DNA from: Giardia intestinalis
Taxonomy: Eukaryota
Assembly: GCA_000002435.2 (NCBI GenBank)
Contig: CM018791.1
Length of the DNA: 64,000 nt
Strand: one strand, 5' to 3'
A program made the position numbers and the translations under genes. Below, piece after piece: positions 1 to 10,600 of this stretch (position 1 is its first letter; every line of letters begins with the position of its first letter). The notes under the pieces were generated by a model. It was not told the origin of the DNA and searched no databases. It saw nothing but the letters and a program-made list of their open reading frames with translations.

Positions 1-1065
1 AAGTTCGAGGGAGAAAAATATTGATCGCTCGGTCTGTTTCGAAGAGACGACATCTGGATAAAGCTGGGGGTGGGAAACTAGCCTATGTGCAAGTAAAACT
101 AAAGAAGAAAGAGTACCCATTAAAATTTCAATAGGGTCACCGTTGGAATTACTTAGAAAATGGTCCCAAAAGGAAACATAGTCTGCCCAACTGATGACTG
201 TCTTAGTCCCGGTGATGTGGAGTATTGGATTGTGGCCTTCCTTGACATTGGTTGGAGCTGCTTTCCCATTTTTCCCTTGCTCAAGGGGTTGCAAAGTCAG
301 ATAATTGAGGCTATATGTAGGCATGTAAGAACTATTAGCATACGAAGCACTTATACCAACGAGCTCTGGAACCGACAGTTCCAGCACTCTATAGATAACG
401 AGTTCCAGCATCTGCCAGAATAGCGCTGACATGGTGATAAATAGTGGGTCTGCACGCTTCTTTCCATGCGCAGATGCTTCAGAGCCAACAGGCCTGTGAC
501 TATTCAAACCAGTTGCAGCTGTGGATGCGGATCGGCGATCAATATTGGCGAATTGAAAGAGAAGACTGGTCTCTATAGAGTTGGCTAAAATGACATTCTG
601 ACCCAGAACACGGATGGTCCTTGTAAGTAAGTACGCCGAATCATGTCCCAAGGCGCAGTGCAATAGGAGATTTGTGACAGCCAGGAAAGTCATATCTTGT
701 TGATTTCCTGTTATTGCAGAAAGAAAAGTCAAGAGAGTATTCCTGTGCTCTGGTCTCCAAAGGGGAAGAAGGGCGAGAATGGGAAGGTCCAGGTCTATGT
801 GCATGTGGTGACGCAGAAGATAGTCAATAATTACCTGCCTGCAAGAACTATCAGTTGTTAACAGGAGAATGCGTAGAAGTTCACGTGTAACTCTGTTGTC
901 TGTGAGCATGGATGTGTCCTCAACCCTTTCTACAATACCGGATGGATCGACTGTTTCGCCACTGTTTAACGATTGCACAGTCTTCCTCAAAAAATCAATT
1001 GCTTCTTTCACCTTCAAGCAACCGCTATTGAGTCGTAGAAGGCCCGATTTGTGCACATCAAACAT
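1..1065 (-). CDS. 5' part of a gene running off the left edge of the window (partial, >355 aa); helical ARM/HEAT-like hypothetical protein
   Basis: Scanned + strand triplets 1-3, 4-6 ... up to 1113. None is TTA/CTA/TCA, so the minus-strand frame is stop-free for 371 codons. First ATG on minus at 1065..1063 (+ strand 'cat'). Leucine-rich, helical composition. Absent from the ORF track because it has no in-window stop. Confidence 0.5.
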   Translation of the reverse strand, partial: MFDVHKSGLLRLNSGCLKVKEAIDFLRKTVQSLNSGETVDPSGIVERVEDTSMLTDNRVTRELLRILLLTTDSSCRQVIIDYLLRHHMHIDLDLPILALLPLWRPEHRNTLLTFLSAITGNQQDMTFLAVTNLLLHCALGHDSAYLLTRTIRVLGQNVILANSIETSLLFQFANIDRRSASTAATGLNSHRPVGSEASAHGKKRADPLFITMSALFWQMLELVIYRVLELSVPELVGISASYANSSYMPTYSLNYLTLQPLEQGKNGKAAPTNVKEGHNPILHITGTKTVISWADYVSFWDHFLSNSNGDPIEILMGTLSSLVLLAHRLVSHPQLYPDVVSSKQTERSIFFSLEL

Positions 1066-1116
1066 CGAGCCAATTAATTGAAAAACACTCTGCAATTCAG
1101 TGTAAAATGGCCTTTT

Positions 1117-1428
1117 TCACACTTCATTTTGTTTGTCTAGTCTGTACATATGGATGAGACGCGGATCTGTGACTTCCACCTCCTTCAGACGGTTACACAG
1201 ATTGGAGTACTGCTGCTTGGAAAGAGCCCGTGGGTTTAGGACGGAAGCTAGCCGCTCCACTATCGATTTACCGAATTGATGGAAATCAATGAAACAAGAA
1301 TTGTAGATGCAGTCTATGATAATTTGACAGCATAGATCTTCATTCTTATTCAAGGACAGCATCCCGAGGATCATGGAGCGGGCTATCTGTGGGGATCCCG
1401 ATGGTGGTCTTATACTTGTCGGGGTCAT
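1117..1428 (-). CDS. small hypothetical protein (103 aa)
   Basis: ATG verified at 1428..1426. Same frame as the downstream open frame 1..1113, separated only by one TGA (1116..1114). Divergent from the PP2C gene, with a 53-bp AT-rich spacer. Confidence 0.3.
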   Translation of the reverse strand: MTPTSIRPPSGSPQIARSMILGMLSLNKNEDLCCQIIIDCIYNSCFIDFHQFGKSIVERLASVLNPRALSKQQYSNLCNRLKEVEVTDPRLIHMYRLDKQNEV

Positions 1429-1481
1429 TTATTTTTTAACAGAATCAAGATCGTAGCTATTCACGGGCCTACGCCTTAACC

Positions 1482-3353
1482 ATGGCACATCCATACGCAG
1501 CATTCTTACTACTATTGCTAGTCTTTTATGCTGGAGCAGCAGCAGTGTTATACATGCTCGGGCATCGGCGGCGATTAAGCACGGGAACGATGACGCTTCA
1601 CAGACGGCTTCAAGTCGAATACGGGCTCTATCAAGATAGAGGAAGAAGGCCGACCATGGAGGACGCCCATACCGTCGTGTCATCGCTGCCCATTCCGCAG
1701 CTTGAGGAGCAAGACGAGGGCAATACCACTGTTTCTCTTTTTGCGATAATGGACGGTCACTGCGGTGACTCTGCATCGTACTACTCTGCAGCACAACTAG
1801 CCTCTAAGGTATCCGAGTGCTGGCCGTGCTGCATGACAACCTCTTCTATTGTGAGTTCACTACATAATGCTCACATATTGATGGATGCACAGTTCTTGGA
1901 AATAGCCCGTTCTTCAAATATTCTTGCTGGATGCACGTGTCTTTCCACTGTTATAGTTACAGAAGCCCATAGAATCCGCATTTTCACGGCCAACCTCGGA
2001 GACAGCCGGGCTATTCTGTGCAGGCATGGGGCCTTTTCAGCGTGGCTTAAGTTTTCTCCACCAAGTGCTGCCGCAGAAGCCAATGCCAATCGGCTTAATT
2101 TGATTTCCTTCTTTCCTGGGTCGCGCCTTGTCATACCTCTTTCACTGGATCAAAAACCAAACATTTCTCCGGACAGAGAGCGAATAGAAGCTGCAGGTGC
2201 ATTTACTTATCCATCGCTAATTAAGTATAAAGATAAGATAGCCATTAGGGGGCCCCATCGCATTTTCCCGGGCGGATTAGCTGTACCCCGTGCTATTGGT
2301 GATCTTCCTTATAAGGATATGACATACCTCAACTCCCTTGGCGTGTCGGCGCCGCTGGTTTCTAGCGACCCCGTTATTTCCATCTATGACCTTACAGAGC
2401 AAGACGAGTTTATTCTGCAAGCCTGTGACGGCCTCTGGGACGTAATATCCTCAAAAGAAGCGGCTATTTTTGCCTCAGTCATGCACTATATTCATCAATT
2501 GGCTCGAATGCCACACAAGGCCTTTAAGAAACTCCGGCGGCCCCTCAAGCAAATTCTTTTCAAGATGGGCGTCACGTCCTACTACTCACCTACAAGTGTG
2601 GCAGTCGCAGAGGCGCTCTGTAACCATGCAAAGCTGCGTGGGAGTCAGGATAACGTTACTGTGTCTGTTATATTTCCAGAGTTCATTAAATCAAAATCCT
2701 CGATTATTGATGCACGGTTAAGCGCACCACGCAATATTTTAAATTATAAAACTAACAAACCTATGCTCCATCAAGATCTTGAAGCCCCTTCTCTCAATCT
2801 GTCTATGCCTGCACAGAGTCCACATAGCTCTCAAACTCCTCAATCTTCCCAGGATACCTTCCCTTCTGAGTACTCCTGCTGCTCTCCTAGTTCCATCCTG
2901 AGCACGTTTCAAGGCATTCGAGGCTCGGCTAAAGTCACCGACATTGACTCGCTGGTATCAGCGGCTAATCTTATTATAGAGCTTTTCTCGAACATCAACA
3001 ACTTTGATGATCTTGTAGACGTATTTTCAAATGTATTTCTAGACGATATTTTCTCTGTGGAGTCATACGTGTCCGAATCGATGGCCTGTCTATGTAATGA
3101 ACACCCTTTGGCATCAGGCGAGATCGACCTGGATCTAGATGTGTCACATTCTAAAGAATATCAAAGCACCCACGGCAATAGTGTTATCTTTGTCGATACA
3201 ACTAAAGGTGGAGAACCCTTGACGAAAATACAAGAAAAGACATTGGATCTCTGGAACGATTGTTTTAGGAAGGAGATGACAATGAGCACTTTGCGAGAAA
3301 AGCCTCACCTCACGGGAATCACAGTTGCTATGTCTGATTTTATTGAAATTTAA
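1482..3353 (+). CDS. protein phosphatase 2C (PPM family) with N-terminal hydrophobic anchor and long low-complexity C-terminal tail
   Basis: ATG at 1482. PP2C motifs are present: RRPTMEDAH, FAIMDGHCGD, LGDSRAIL, ACDGLWDVIS, GSQDNVTVSVI. N-terminus LLLLLVFYAGAAAVLYML is hydrophobic. Confidence 0.85.
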   Translation: MAHPYAAFLLLLLVFYAGAAAVLYMLGHRRRLSTGTMTLHRRLQVEYGLYQDRGRRPTMEDAHTVVSSLPIPQLEEQDEGNTTVSLFAIMDGHCGDSASYYSAAQLASKVSECWPCCMTTSSIVSSLHNAHILMDAQFLEIARSSNILAGCTCLSTVIVTEAHRIRIFTANLGDSRAILCRHGAFSAWLKFSPPSAAAEANANRLNLISFFPGSRLVIPLSLDQKPNISPDRERIEAAGAFTYPSLIKYKDKIAIRGPHRIFPGGLAVPRAIGDLPYKDMTYLNSLGVSAPLVSSDPVISIYDLTEQDEFILQACDGLWDVISSKEAAIFASVMHYIHQLARMPHKAFKKLRRPLKQILFKMGVTSYYSPTSVAVAEALCNHAKLRGSQDNVTVSVIFPEFIKSKSSIIDARLSAPRNILNYKTNKPMLHQDLEAPSLNLSMPAQSPHSSQTPQSSQDTFPSEYSCCSPSSILSTFQGIRGSAKVTDIDSLVSAANLIIELFSNINNFDDLVDVFSNVFLDDIFSVESYVSESMACLCNEHPLASGEIDLDLDVSHSKEYQSTHGNSVIFVDTTKGGEPLTKIQEKTLDLWNDCFRKEMTMSTLREKPHLTGITVAMSDFIEI

Positions 3354-3413
3354 TTACTAGATTGTTAAGCACCACATCCATCGGTTTATTAACCTGAAAA
3401 TCAGCATCACCAT

Positions 3414-5381
3414 TCACTCCATTTTTGCATCTGAGTGCTTTCTCAATAGGGTATAGCACTTATTCTTATTAGTCCTATCTCCTTTGGCATTGGGACTGAG
3501 AGCCCACTCGAGTGCTGACTTTCCACTGTCTTGTCGCAATCCGAATTCTACAGGCATTAGTATGCACAAAGACTCTAATGAGCCCATTTCAGCTGCTGCC
3601 ATCAGAGCTGTGTATCCAGCTCCGCGACAGTTTGAGCTATTCGTTTGCATGCCTGCCTCTACATCAATAAGCTCGTTAACAACCGTAAAGTTATTAAGCG
3701 TGGCTGCTGCCATGAGCGCCGTCCACCCGTCTGGTCTTGCCAATTTGGCTTCATAGCTTTTAAGCATTCGAGCAGAGTTAATGTGGCCCTTCAGAGACGC
3801 TATCATTAAGGCTGTATATCCAAAGCTGTCTTTAGCTCCCTTCTCAACAGGCAATAGAACCCTCAGAACCTCATCCATGTCGTTCCACGCGGCATAATGA
3901 ATAGCCTTTCGTCCAGATTGGTCTTGCATCCCAGCTTCGACGGGAGCCAGAAGCTTTGCAGAGTCAGCAGATCCTGCCTCTATTGCTATCATGAGGGCTG
4001 TCTTGCCGTTGGTAGTTGTTTTCTTTGCCTCTTCACCCATCAACATCTTCACCAGATCAGTGCTATCAACAGATGCAGCGAGCATCAAGGCTGTTTGCCC
4101 GTGGACATCCTGCTTACCAGCCTCCAAGTCTGCCAAGAATCTAGCCGCTTCCAGAAATCCTGTGGATATAGAGATCATCAGAGCAGTCGCGCCAGAAGAG
4201 TTTTGCCTCGAAGCCTGCGAGAACATATATGCCTTGACAAGACTCATCTTCTTGTTCATTACCGCATGCATTAACGGAGTGTTTCCATCTTCGTCAACCT
4301 GTATCTCCTCCTCATCCTCTTCTTCATTTCGTTGTGCATCACCTTTTCTCATTGGAAAGTTTATTCGCCGGACAGACATGGAGGTATCTTCTAAAATAGT
4401 TTGGTCGGTTATTAGTATTGTAGGGTCCAGGATTGAATATAATGCAAACCTTTCGTTGTCAGCTGCGGTATCTTGCAGGTCCACTGAGTATGTATTTTGG
4501 GTCAGCCCTATTGGGTTTGCTTGGTTGGTGGATGCCTGCCCCGAGGACTGAGGCTTAGGAGGCATATGTGTCAGCTCGTCATAAGACCGCCTCTTGTCAG
4601 TCACTTGACTGTCTCTTTTGTAAGCTTTTGACTCTGCCAACAATGCCTCGTATTTGGCAAGTAATCTTGTGTATTCTTCTCTTGATACGGTGTCACTTCC
4701 AGGACCCTGGTTAGGCCTATTATTGACAATGAAGGATGAAAGCCCGCTCGTCAGCGCCGTAACCTCATCAAGGGCGGCTCGAAGGGTAGAGCGACAGAGA
4801 GAACAGTGTGGGCACTCAGTAACAACACCCTGTCTGATGTAGCCATAAAGCAGTTCCGTCATCGACGCTAGGGACGCCCTCTTTGCAACACCAAACGCAA
4901 TAGTCAAGTCCTGAGTGGTCCACGTAGTTGTCTTAAGCAGTTCATGAACACAATCTACATGGTTTTTAGAAACGGCGTAGTCGAGCGCTGACCATTTAAA
5001 TTCATCTCGCTCGTTACTATAGAATACCAGGAGAGCCTTTACCGATTCGGTGCACCCAGAATCAGCGGCCAACATGAGGGGGGTCCGCTTATTTGGGAGC
5101 AGCACGTCCTTCTCATAAATGGCCAAAAGCTTGCAGAGTTCAAAATTGTTTTCAAGCGCTGCAATGGAGAGAGCAGTCAGTCCTGCCTTGGTGGTGATTG
5201 AGTGCTCGTAGCGCACAAGCATCTTGACCAAGAACAGATCCTTTTCAAGGACGGCCTTCATCAGCGCTGTTTGCCCGAGTGAATCCACTGACCTCTGAAA
5301 CAAGGGTATTGCCGCTTGAATTTCCGCGTGCGCATGGGCTTTTACAGCTGAGAACCACTCTCGAACAGTTCCGATGGGCAT
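3414..5381 (-). CDS. ankyrin-repeat protein (Giardia protein 21.1-like) with central coiled-coil/acidic linker
   Basis: ATG verified at 5381..5379. Repeated G.TALM.A ankyrin units (GQTALMKAV, KRTPLMLAA, GNTPLMHAV, GATALMISI, GQTALMLAA, GKTALMIAI, GYTALMIAS, GWTALMAAA, GYTALMAAA). EEEDEEEIQVDEDG acidic stretch. Confidence 0.8.
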   Translation of the reverse strand: MPIGTVREWFSAVKAHAHAEIQAAIPLFQRSVDSLGQTALMKAVLEKDLFLVKMLVRYEHSITTKAGLTALSIAALENNFELCKLLAIYEKDVLLPNKRTPLMLAADSGCTESVKALLVFYSNERDEFKWSALDYAVSKNHVDCVHELLKTTTWTTQDLTIAFGVAKRASLASMTELLYGYIRQGVVTECPHCSLCRSTLRAALDEVTALTSGLSSFIVNNRPNQGPGSDTVSREEYTRLLAKYEALLAESKAYKRDSQVTDKRRSYDELTHMPPKPQSSGQASTNQANPIGLTQNTYSVDLQDTAADNERFALYSILDPTILITDQTILEDTSMSVRRINFPMRKGDAQRNEEEDEEEIQVDEDGNTPLMHAVMNKKMSLVKAYMFSQASRQNSSGATALMISISTGFLEAARFLADLEAGKQDVHGQTALMLAASVDSTDLVKMLMGEEAKKTTTNGKTALMIAIEAGSADSAKLLAPVEAGMQDQSGRKAIHYAAWNDMDEVLRVLLPVEKGAKDSFGYTALMIASLKGHINSARMLKSYEAKLARPDGWTALMAAATLNNFTVVNELIDVEAGMQTNSSNCRGAGYTALMAAAEMGSLESLCILMPVEFGLRQDSGKSALEWALSPNAKGDRTNKNKCYTLLRKHSDAKME

Positions 5382-5448
5382 ATATGGAGCTTATCGAAGT
5401 GCTTCACAAGAAAGAAAAGGCGCTGTTTAATGCACTTGAAAAAAATTG

Positions 5449-6930
5449 ATGTGCACCTCGGTGCTTCTTCTCGGCCTTAACCTGGCGATTCTTGCTTCCC
5501 AGAGGTGGCCGCGCGCGGCAGACTCAGCAACCTACTTACTGGATCTGCATGGTGTCACAGAAGGTAAGTTTCTGGTGCCAGAGCTGGTTTCTTTTACTAG
5601 GCGACACGGACCAGCGCTTACACCCCTCCAAAAAGATAGCTTGGCGACTAACTTATTATTATACCATCCAAATCTTTATTTTCTAGCAAAGGACATAGCA
5701 GCCCAGAATGGCATAGGGGTCCATGATGTCATGTACTATTCCCTTGTGGTTGAGCTTCTTCAAGACGACTTCTTAGTAGGTGTTCATGGCAGTGAGGGTT
5801 TAGGCGGTTACCTCGCGATCTCCCAATCGTTGGGCCAAGTCTGTAACTCAAGCGCCAACCCTCTCTGCGTTGACTTCGCCAAGAATGGGGGCGCCGACGA
5901 GATCTCCCACTGGAGGTCAGACATTACTAAGTACTTCCGTGAAGCCACCTTTCTCTCCGCGCGTACAGGCCAAGTTCTGAGCCAGGCTTCTTACATGCAT
6001 GGCACCCTTAACACACAAATGCTAACCCTCAAGGACTACGTTTGCACCAGACTTCTTGGTAACACATCTACAACACCATACTTAATAGACTTCCCCACAC
6101 TAGATAAGTTTGTTGAGTTTACGCACAATCAATTTATGCTCATCAATGGACAGAGGGTTCCACTGGCTTGGCGTCTCACAGAACTGCTGCTTCAGCAGGA
6201 CTCCAGAGTTGCCTATCTTGAGGGTCATTTCTACAGCCTAGACAAAGCCCATGTACACTCCAGCTCACTCTCTTCACATCTTCTTTCATCAGAAAGCAAC
6301 GCACTCCCGTACTATCTCGCGTCCTTAGTCGCTACTCAGTCAACGTTCAAGGGTTCGTTAACAGGGGTACAGATTCCAGTCACGGACTTCAGCCCAAAAC
6401 AATTCTCTTCAACTTCGTCCTCTTATTACTTTTATCAGGCAGGTTGCACAGACTCTACAATTGAAAAGTGCAGAGCACTCAATCTAGCTATGAAAAACAA
6501 GTTACTGGAACTAAAAAATACAAGCACCCTGGCTGAGTTTTCTAATGCCATGAAGATATTCCCCATCCGTACAACCCGAACGTATGCCGTTACCACGTCC
6601 TTAGTGGGTGATATGTATCGTTACTCGAGCCAACTACAGAAGTGCACGGAGATATATGATGCCGCTAAGAAGCCTGTCGGGTGCACCGACCCACCTGTGC
6701 CCACGAATTGGCTTGTTGTCATAGGGAGTCTACTCCTTATTGGCTTAACTATAACAGCGTGGGTATATGGAATTAGATTTTCTAAGAAACTTGAGACCGG
6801 GGCATTTGACGAAGTACAGAAGAAGCTTTCAGAAAAGGCACTGGCTAGAGAGAAGGTTATTCGCGAGAACCGAGAGAAACGGTGCATATATAAGGAGTAT
6901 ATCAACCATATGAAAGAAACATCCAAATAA
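5449..6930 (+). CDS. type I membrane protein, hypothetical (signal peptide + single C-terminal TM + charged tail)
   Basis: Track start 5446 is TTG; the first ATG is 5449. Signal-like N-terminus MCTSVLLLGLNLAILASQ. C-terminal TM WLVVIGSLLLIGLTITAWVYGI is followed by a KR/E-rich tail. An AAAAAAATTG A/T-rich stretch lies immediately 5' of the ATG. Confidence 0.5.
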   Translation: MCTSVLLLGLNLAILASQRWPRAADSATYLLDLHGVTEGKFLVPELVSFTRRHGPALTPLQKDSLATNLLLYHPNLYFLAKDIAAQNGIGVHDVMYYSLVVELLQDDFLVGVHGSEGLGGYLAISQSLGQVCNSSANPLCVDFAKNGGADEISHWRSDITKYFREATFLSARTGQVLSQASYMHGTLNTQMLTLKDYVCTRLLGNTSTTPYLIDFPTLDKFVEFTHNQFMLINGQRVPLAWRLTELLLQQDSRVAYLEGHFYSLDKAHVHSSSLSSHLLSSESNALPYYLASLVATQSTFKGSLTGVQIPVTDFSPKQFSSTSSSYYFYQAGCTDSTIEKCRALNLAMKNKLLELKNTSTLAEFSNAMKIFPIRTTRTYAVTTSLVGDMYRYSSQLQKCTEIYDAAKKPVGCTDPPVPTNWLVVIGSLLLIGLTITAWVYGIRFSKKLETGAFDEVQKKLSEKALAREKVIRENREKRCIYKEYINHMKETSK

Positions 6931-6978
6931 GTCCGGATGGAGAATAACCACTCAACCGGGTAAATTCTTAACAAATCA

Positions 6979-7542
6979 TTATGTGCTTTTGGACGACTTG
7001 TGATTGGTAATAGAGGGAAGGTGTGGGCTTTCGCGACTATTAAAGTCATGTCTTGGTAGGGTACCAAGCACACTCTTTTCTGCAGGAGAAGACGGGGGAA
7101 GAAACTGGCAAGATATGGGTGTTCCTGTTTTGTTAATGAAGCACTCGTATGGAGTCAAATGAACAGGCGAGCCACGGGGATGGGGATAGAACTTTTTCCC
7201 TGACTCATAGACCAAGACCTGACCTTGTTGCTGAAGCTTAGACCGCGTGTTCGGCTGGCAAGAGGGAGTTTTCGGATCATAGGGTCCACAAGCCATCATA
7301 GAAACACTTAAAGGTGGGTCATAGAGACACGAAGTAGTTGATGAAGTGGCACTCAATGAAGGCGTGGCCAGCCTTGATAAAGTTGAGGAGTCTACCTCTT
7401 GCGAGAGGGGGGATAATCTAGAATAAGGCAAAGTGGTTGAAGAAGGCCCAGATGGCTGAAAAGTTGACGAATGTGGCACTGTATCTGACTCAGAAGATGG
7501 TTGCCGGACATGCGGTATGTTTGACTTACGAGATTCCGCCAT
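6979..7542 (-). CDS. Ser/Pro/Thr-rich low-complexity hypothetical protein (187 aa)
   Basis: ATG verified at 7542..7540. Convergent with the 5449..6930 gene and directly abutting the left edge of the 51-bp satellite. No recognisable domain. Confidence 0.3.
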   Translation of the reverse strand: MAESRKSNIPHVRQPSSESDTVPHSSTFQPSGPSSTTLPYSRLSPLSQEVDSSTLSRLATPSLSATSSTTSCLYDPPLSVSMMACGPYDPKTPSCQPNTRSKLQQQGQVLVYESGKKFYPHPRGSPVHLTPYECFINKTGTPISCQFLPPSSPAEKSVLGTLPRHDFNSRESPHLPSITNHKSSKST

Positions 7543-7689
7543 TTTTGCCAGTTTTTTAAGATCCGAATAACAAGAAACGCACGGGGTGTAAAGAAAAATG
7601 AGATAGAATACATACGGTTAAAGAGCAGTTAGCTTTAGACTGTGAACAAAACGCAGGTGGCACTATTATATAATATGGTCGAGGCGTAG

Positions 7690-10600
7690 AGGTCCACTAG
7701 AAACGTCCAACCTGTCCTGGCATGCTGTTTCCCCGGTCAACGAGGTATGTCGATGGGCCAACCTGTCCTGGCATGCTGTTTCCCCGGTCAACGAGGTGCG
7801 TCGATGGGCCAACCTGTCCTGGCATGCTGTTTCCCCGGTCAACGAGGTGCGTCGATGGGCCAACCTGTCCTGGCATGCTGTTTCCCCGGTCAACGAGGTG
7901 CGTCGATGGGCCACCTGTCCTGGCATGCTGTTTCCCCGGTCAACGAGGTGCGTCGATGGGCCAACCTGTCCTGGCATGCTGTTTCCCCGGTCAACGAGGT
8001 GCGTCGATGGGCCAACCTGTCCTGGCATGCTGTTTCCCCGGTCAACGAGGTGCGTCGATGGGCCAACCTGTCCTGGCATGCTGTTTCCCCGGTCAACGAG
8101 GTGCGTCGATGGGCCAACCTGTCCTGGCATGCTGTTTCCCCGGTCAACGAGGTGCGTCGATGGGCCAACCTGTCCTGGCATGCTGTTTCCCCGGTCAACG
8201 AGGTGCGTCGATGGGCCAACCTGTCCTGGCATGCTGTTTCCCCGGTCAACGAGGTGCGTCGATGGGCCAACCTGTCCTGGCATGCTGTTTCCCCGGTCAA
8301 CGAGGTGCGTCGATGGGCCTGGCATGCTGTTTCCCGGTCAACGAGGTGCGTCGATGGGCCAACCTGTCCTGGCATGCTGTTTCCCCGGTCAACGAGGTGC
8401 GTCGATGGGCCAACCTGTCCTGGCATGCTGTTTCCCCGGTCAACGAGGTGCGTCGATGGGCCAACCTGTCCTGGCATGCTGTTTCCCCGGTCAACGAGGT
8501 GCGTCGATGGGCCAACCTGTCCTGGCATGCTGTTTCCCCGGTCAACGAGGTGCGTCGATGGGCCTAGCTGGCCCGGAGTCCCATTTCCCCGGTCAACGAG
8601 GTGCGTCGATGGGCCAACCTGTCCTGGCATGCTGTTTCCCCGGTCAACGAGGTATGTCGATGGGCCAACCTGTCCTGGCATGCTGTTTCCCCGGTCAACG
8701 AGGTGCGTCGATGGGCCAACCTGTCCTGGCATGCTGTTTCCCCGGTCAACGAGGTGCGTCGATGGGCCAACCTGTCCTGGCATGCTGTTTCCCCGGTCAA
8801 CGAGGTTGTCGATGGGCCTAGCTGGCCCGGAGTCCCATTTCCCCGGTCAACGAGGTGCGTCGATGGGCCAACCTGTCCTGGCATGCTGTTTCCCCGGTCA
8901 ACGAGGTGCGTCGATGGGCCAACCTGTCTGGCATGCTGTTCCCCGGTCAACGAGGTGCCGATGGCCAGCTGCGGGTTCCCCGGTCAACGAGGTGCGTCGA
9001 TGGGCCAACCTGTCCTGGCATGCTGTTCCCCGGTCAACGAGGTGCGTCGATGGGCCAGCCTGCCGGCATCCTTTCCCCCGGTCAACGAGGTGCGTCGATG
9101 GGCCAACCTGTCCTGGCATGCTGTTTCCCCGGTCAACGAGGTGCGTCGATGGGCCACCTGTCCTGGCATGCTGTTTCCCCGGTCAACGAGTGCGTCGATG
9201 GCCAACCTGTCCTGGCATGCTGTTTCCCCGGTCAACGAGGTGCGTCGATGGGCCAACCTGTCCTGGCATGCGTTTCCCCGGTCAACGAGGTGCGTCGATG
9301 GGCCAACCTGTCCTGGCATGCTGTTTCCCCGGTCAACGAGGTGCGTCGATGGGCCAACCTGTCCTGGCATGCTGTTTCCCCGGTCAACGAGGTGCGTCGA
9401 TGGGCCAACCTGTCCTGGCATGCTGTTTCCCCGGTCAACGAGGTGCGTCGATGGGCCAACCTGTCCTGGCATGCTGTTTCCCCGGTCAACGAGGTGCGTC
9501 GATGGGCCAACCTGTCCTGGCATGCTGTTTCCCCGGTCAACGAGGTGCGTCGATGGGCCAACCTGTCCTGGCATCCGTTTCCCCGGTCAACGAGGTGCGT
9601 CGATGGGCCAACCTGTCCTGGCATGCTGTTTCCCCGGTCAACGAGGTGCGTCGATGGGCCAACCTGTCCTGGCATGCTGTTTCCCCGGTCAACGAGGTGC
9701 GTCGATGGGCCACCTGCCTGGAGCGTTTCCCCGTCCGAGGTGCTCGATGGCCCTGTCCCTGTTTTCCCCGGTCAACGAGGTGCGTCGATGGGCCAACCTG
9801 TCCTGGCATGCTGTTTCCCCGGTCAACGAGGTGCGTCGATGGGCCACCTGTCCTGGCATGCCTGTTTCCCCGGTCAACGAGGTGCGTCGATGGGCCAACC
9901 TGTCCTGGCATGCTGTTTCCCCGGTCAACGAGGTGCGTCGATGGGCCAACCTGTCCTGGCATGCTGTTTCCCCGGTCAACGAGGTGCGTCGATGGGCCCT
10001 GCTGGCAGTCCATTTCCCCGGTCAACGAGGTATGTCGATGGGCCTAGCTGGCCCGGAGTCCTTTCCCCGGTCAACGAGGTGCGTCGATGGGCCAACCTGT
10101 CCTGGCATGCTGTTTCCCCGGTCAACGAGGTGCGTCGATGGGCCAACCTGTCTGGCATGCTGTTTCCCCGGTCAACGAGGTGCGTCGATGGGCAACCTGT
10201 CCTGGCATGCTGTTTCCCCGGTCAACGAGGTGCGTCGATGGGCCTAGCTGGCCCGGAGTCCCATTTCCCGGTCAACGAGGTACGTCGATGGGCCTAGCTG
10301 GCCCGGAGTCCATTCCCCGGTCAACGAGGTGCGTCGATGGGCCAACCTGTCCTGGCATGCTGTTTCCCCGTCAACGAGGTGCGTCGATGGGCCAACCTGT
10401 CCTGGCATGCTGTTTCCCCGGTCAACGAGGTGCGTCGATGGGCCTAGCTGGCCCGGAGTCCCATTTCCCCGGTCAACGAGGTATGTCGATGGGCCTAGCT
10501 GGCCCGGAGTCCCATTTCCCGGTCAACGAGGTGCGTCGATGGGCCAACCTGTCCTGGCATGCTGTTTCCCCGGTCAACGAGGTGCGTCGATGGCCACCTG

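Noticed and set aside
160-423. 87-aa + strand ORF at the left edge
   Set aside because: It lies antisense inside a 371-codon stop-free minus-strand frame and has no features of its own.
1429-1794. 121-aa minus-strand ORF overlapping the start of the PP2C gene
   Set aside because: It is antisense overlap with a well-supported PP2C CDS. Arg/Ala-rich composition is typical of a GC-skewed antisense frame.
3484-4551. Plus-strand ORFs 3484..3756, 3897..4274 and 3991..4551 inside the ankyrin gene
   Set aside because: These are antisense shadow ORFs of the ankyrin CDS, which has clear repeat structure on the minus strand.
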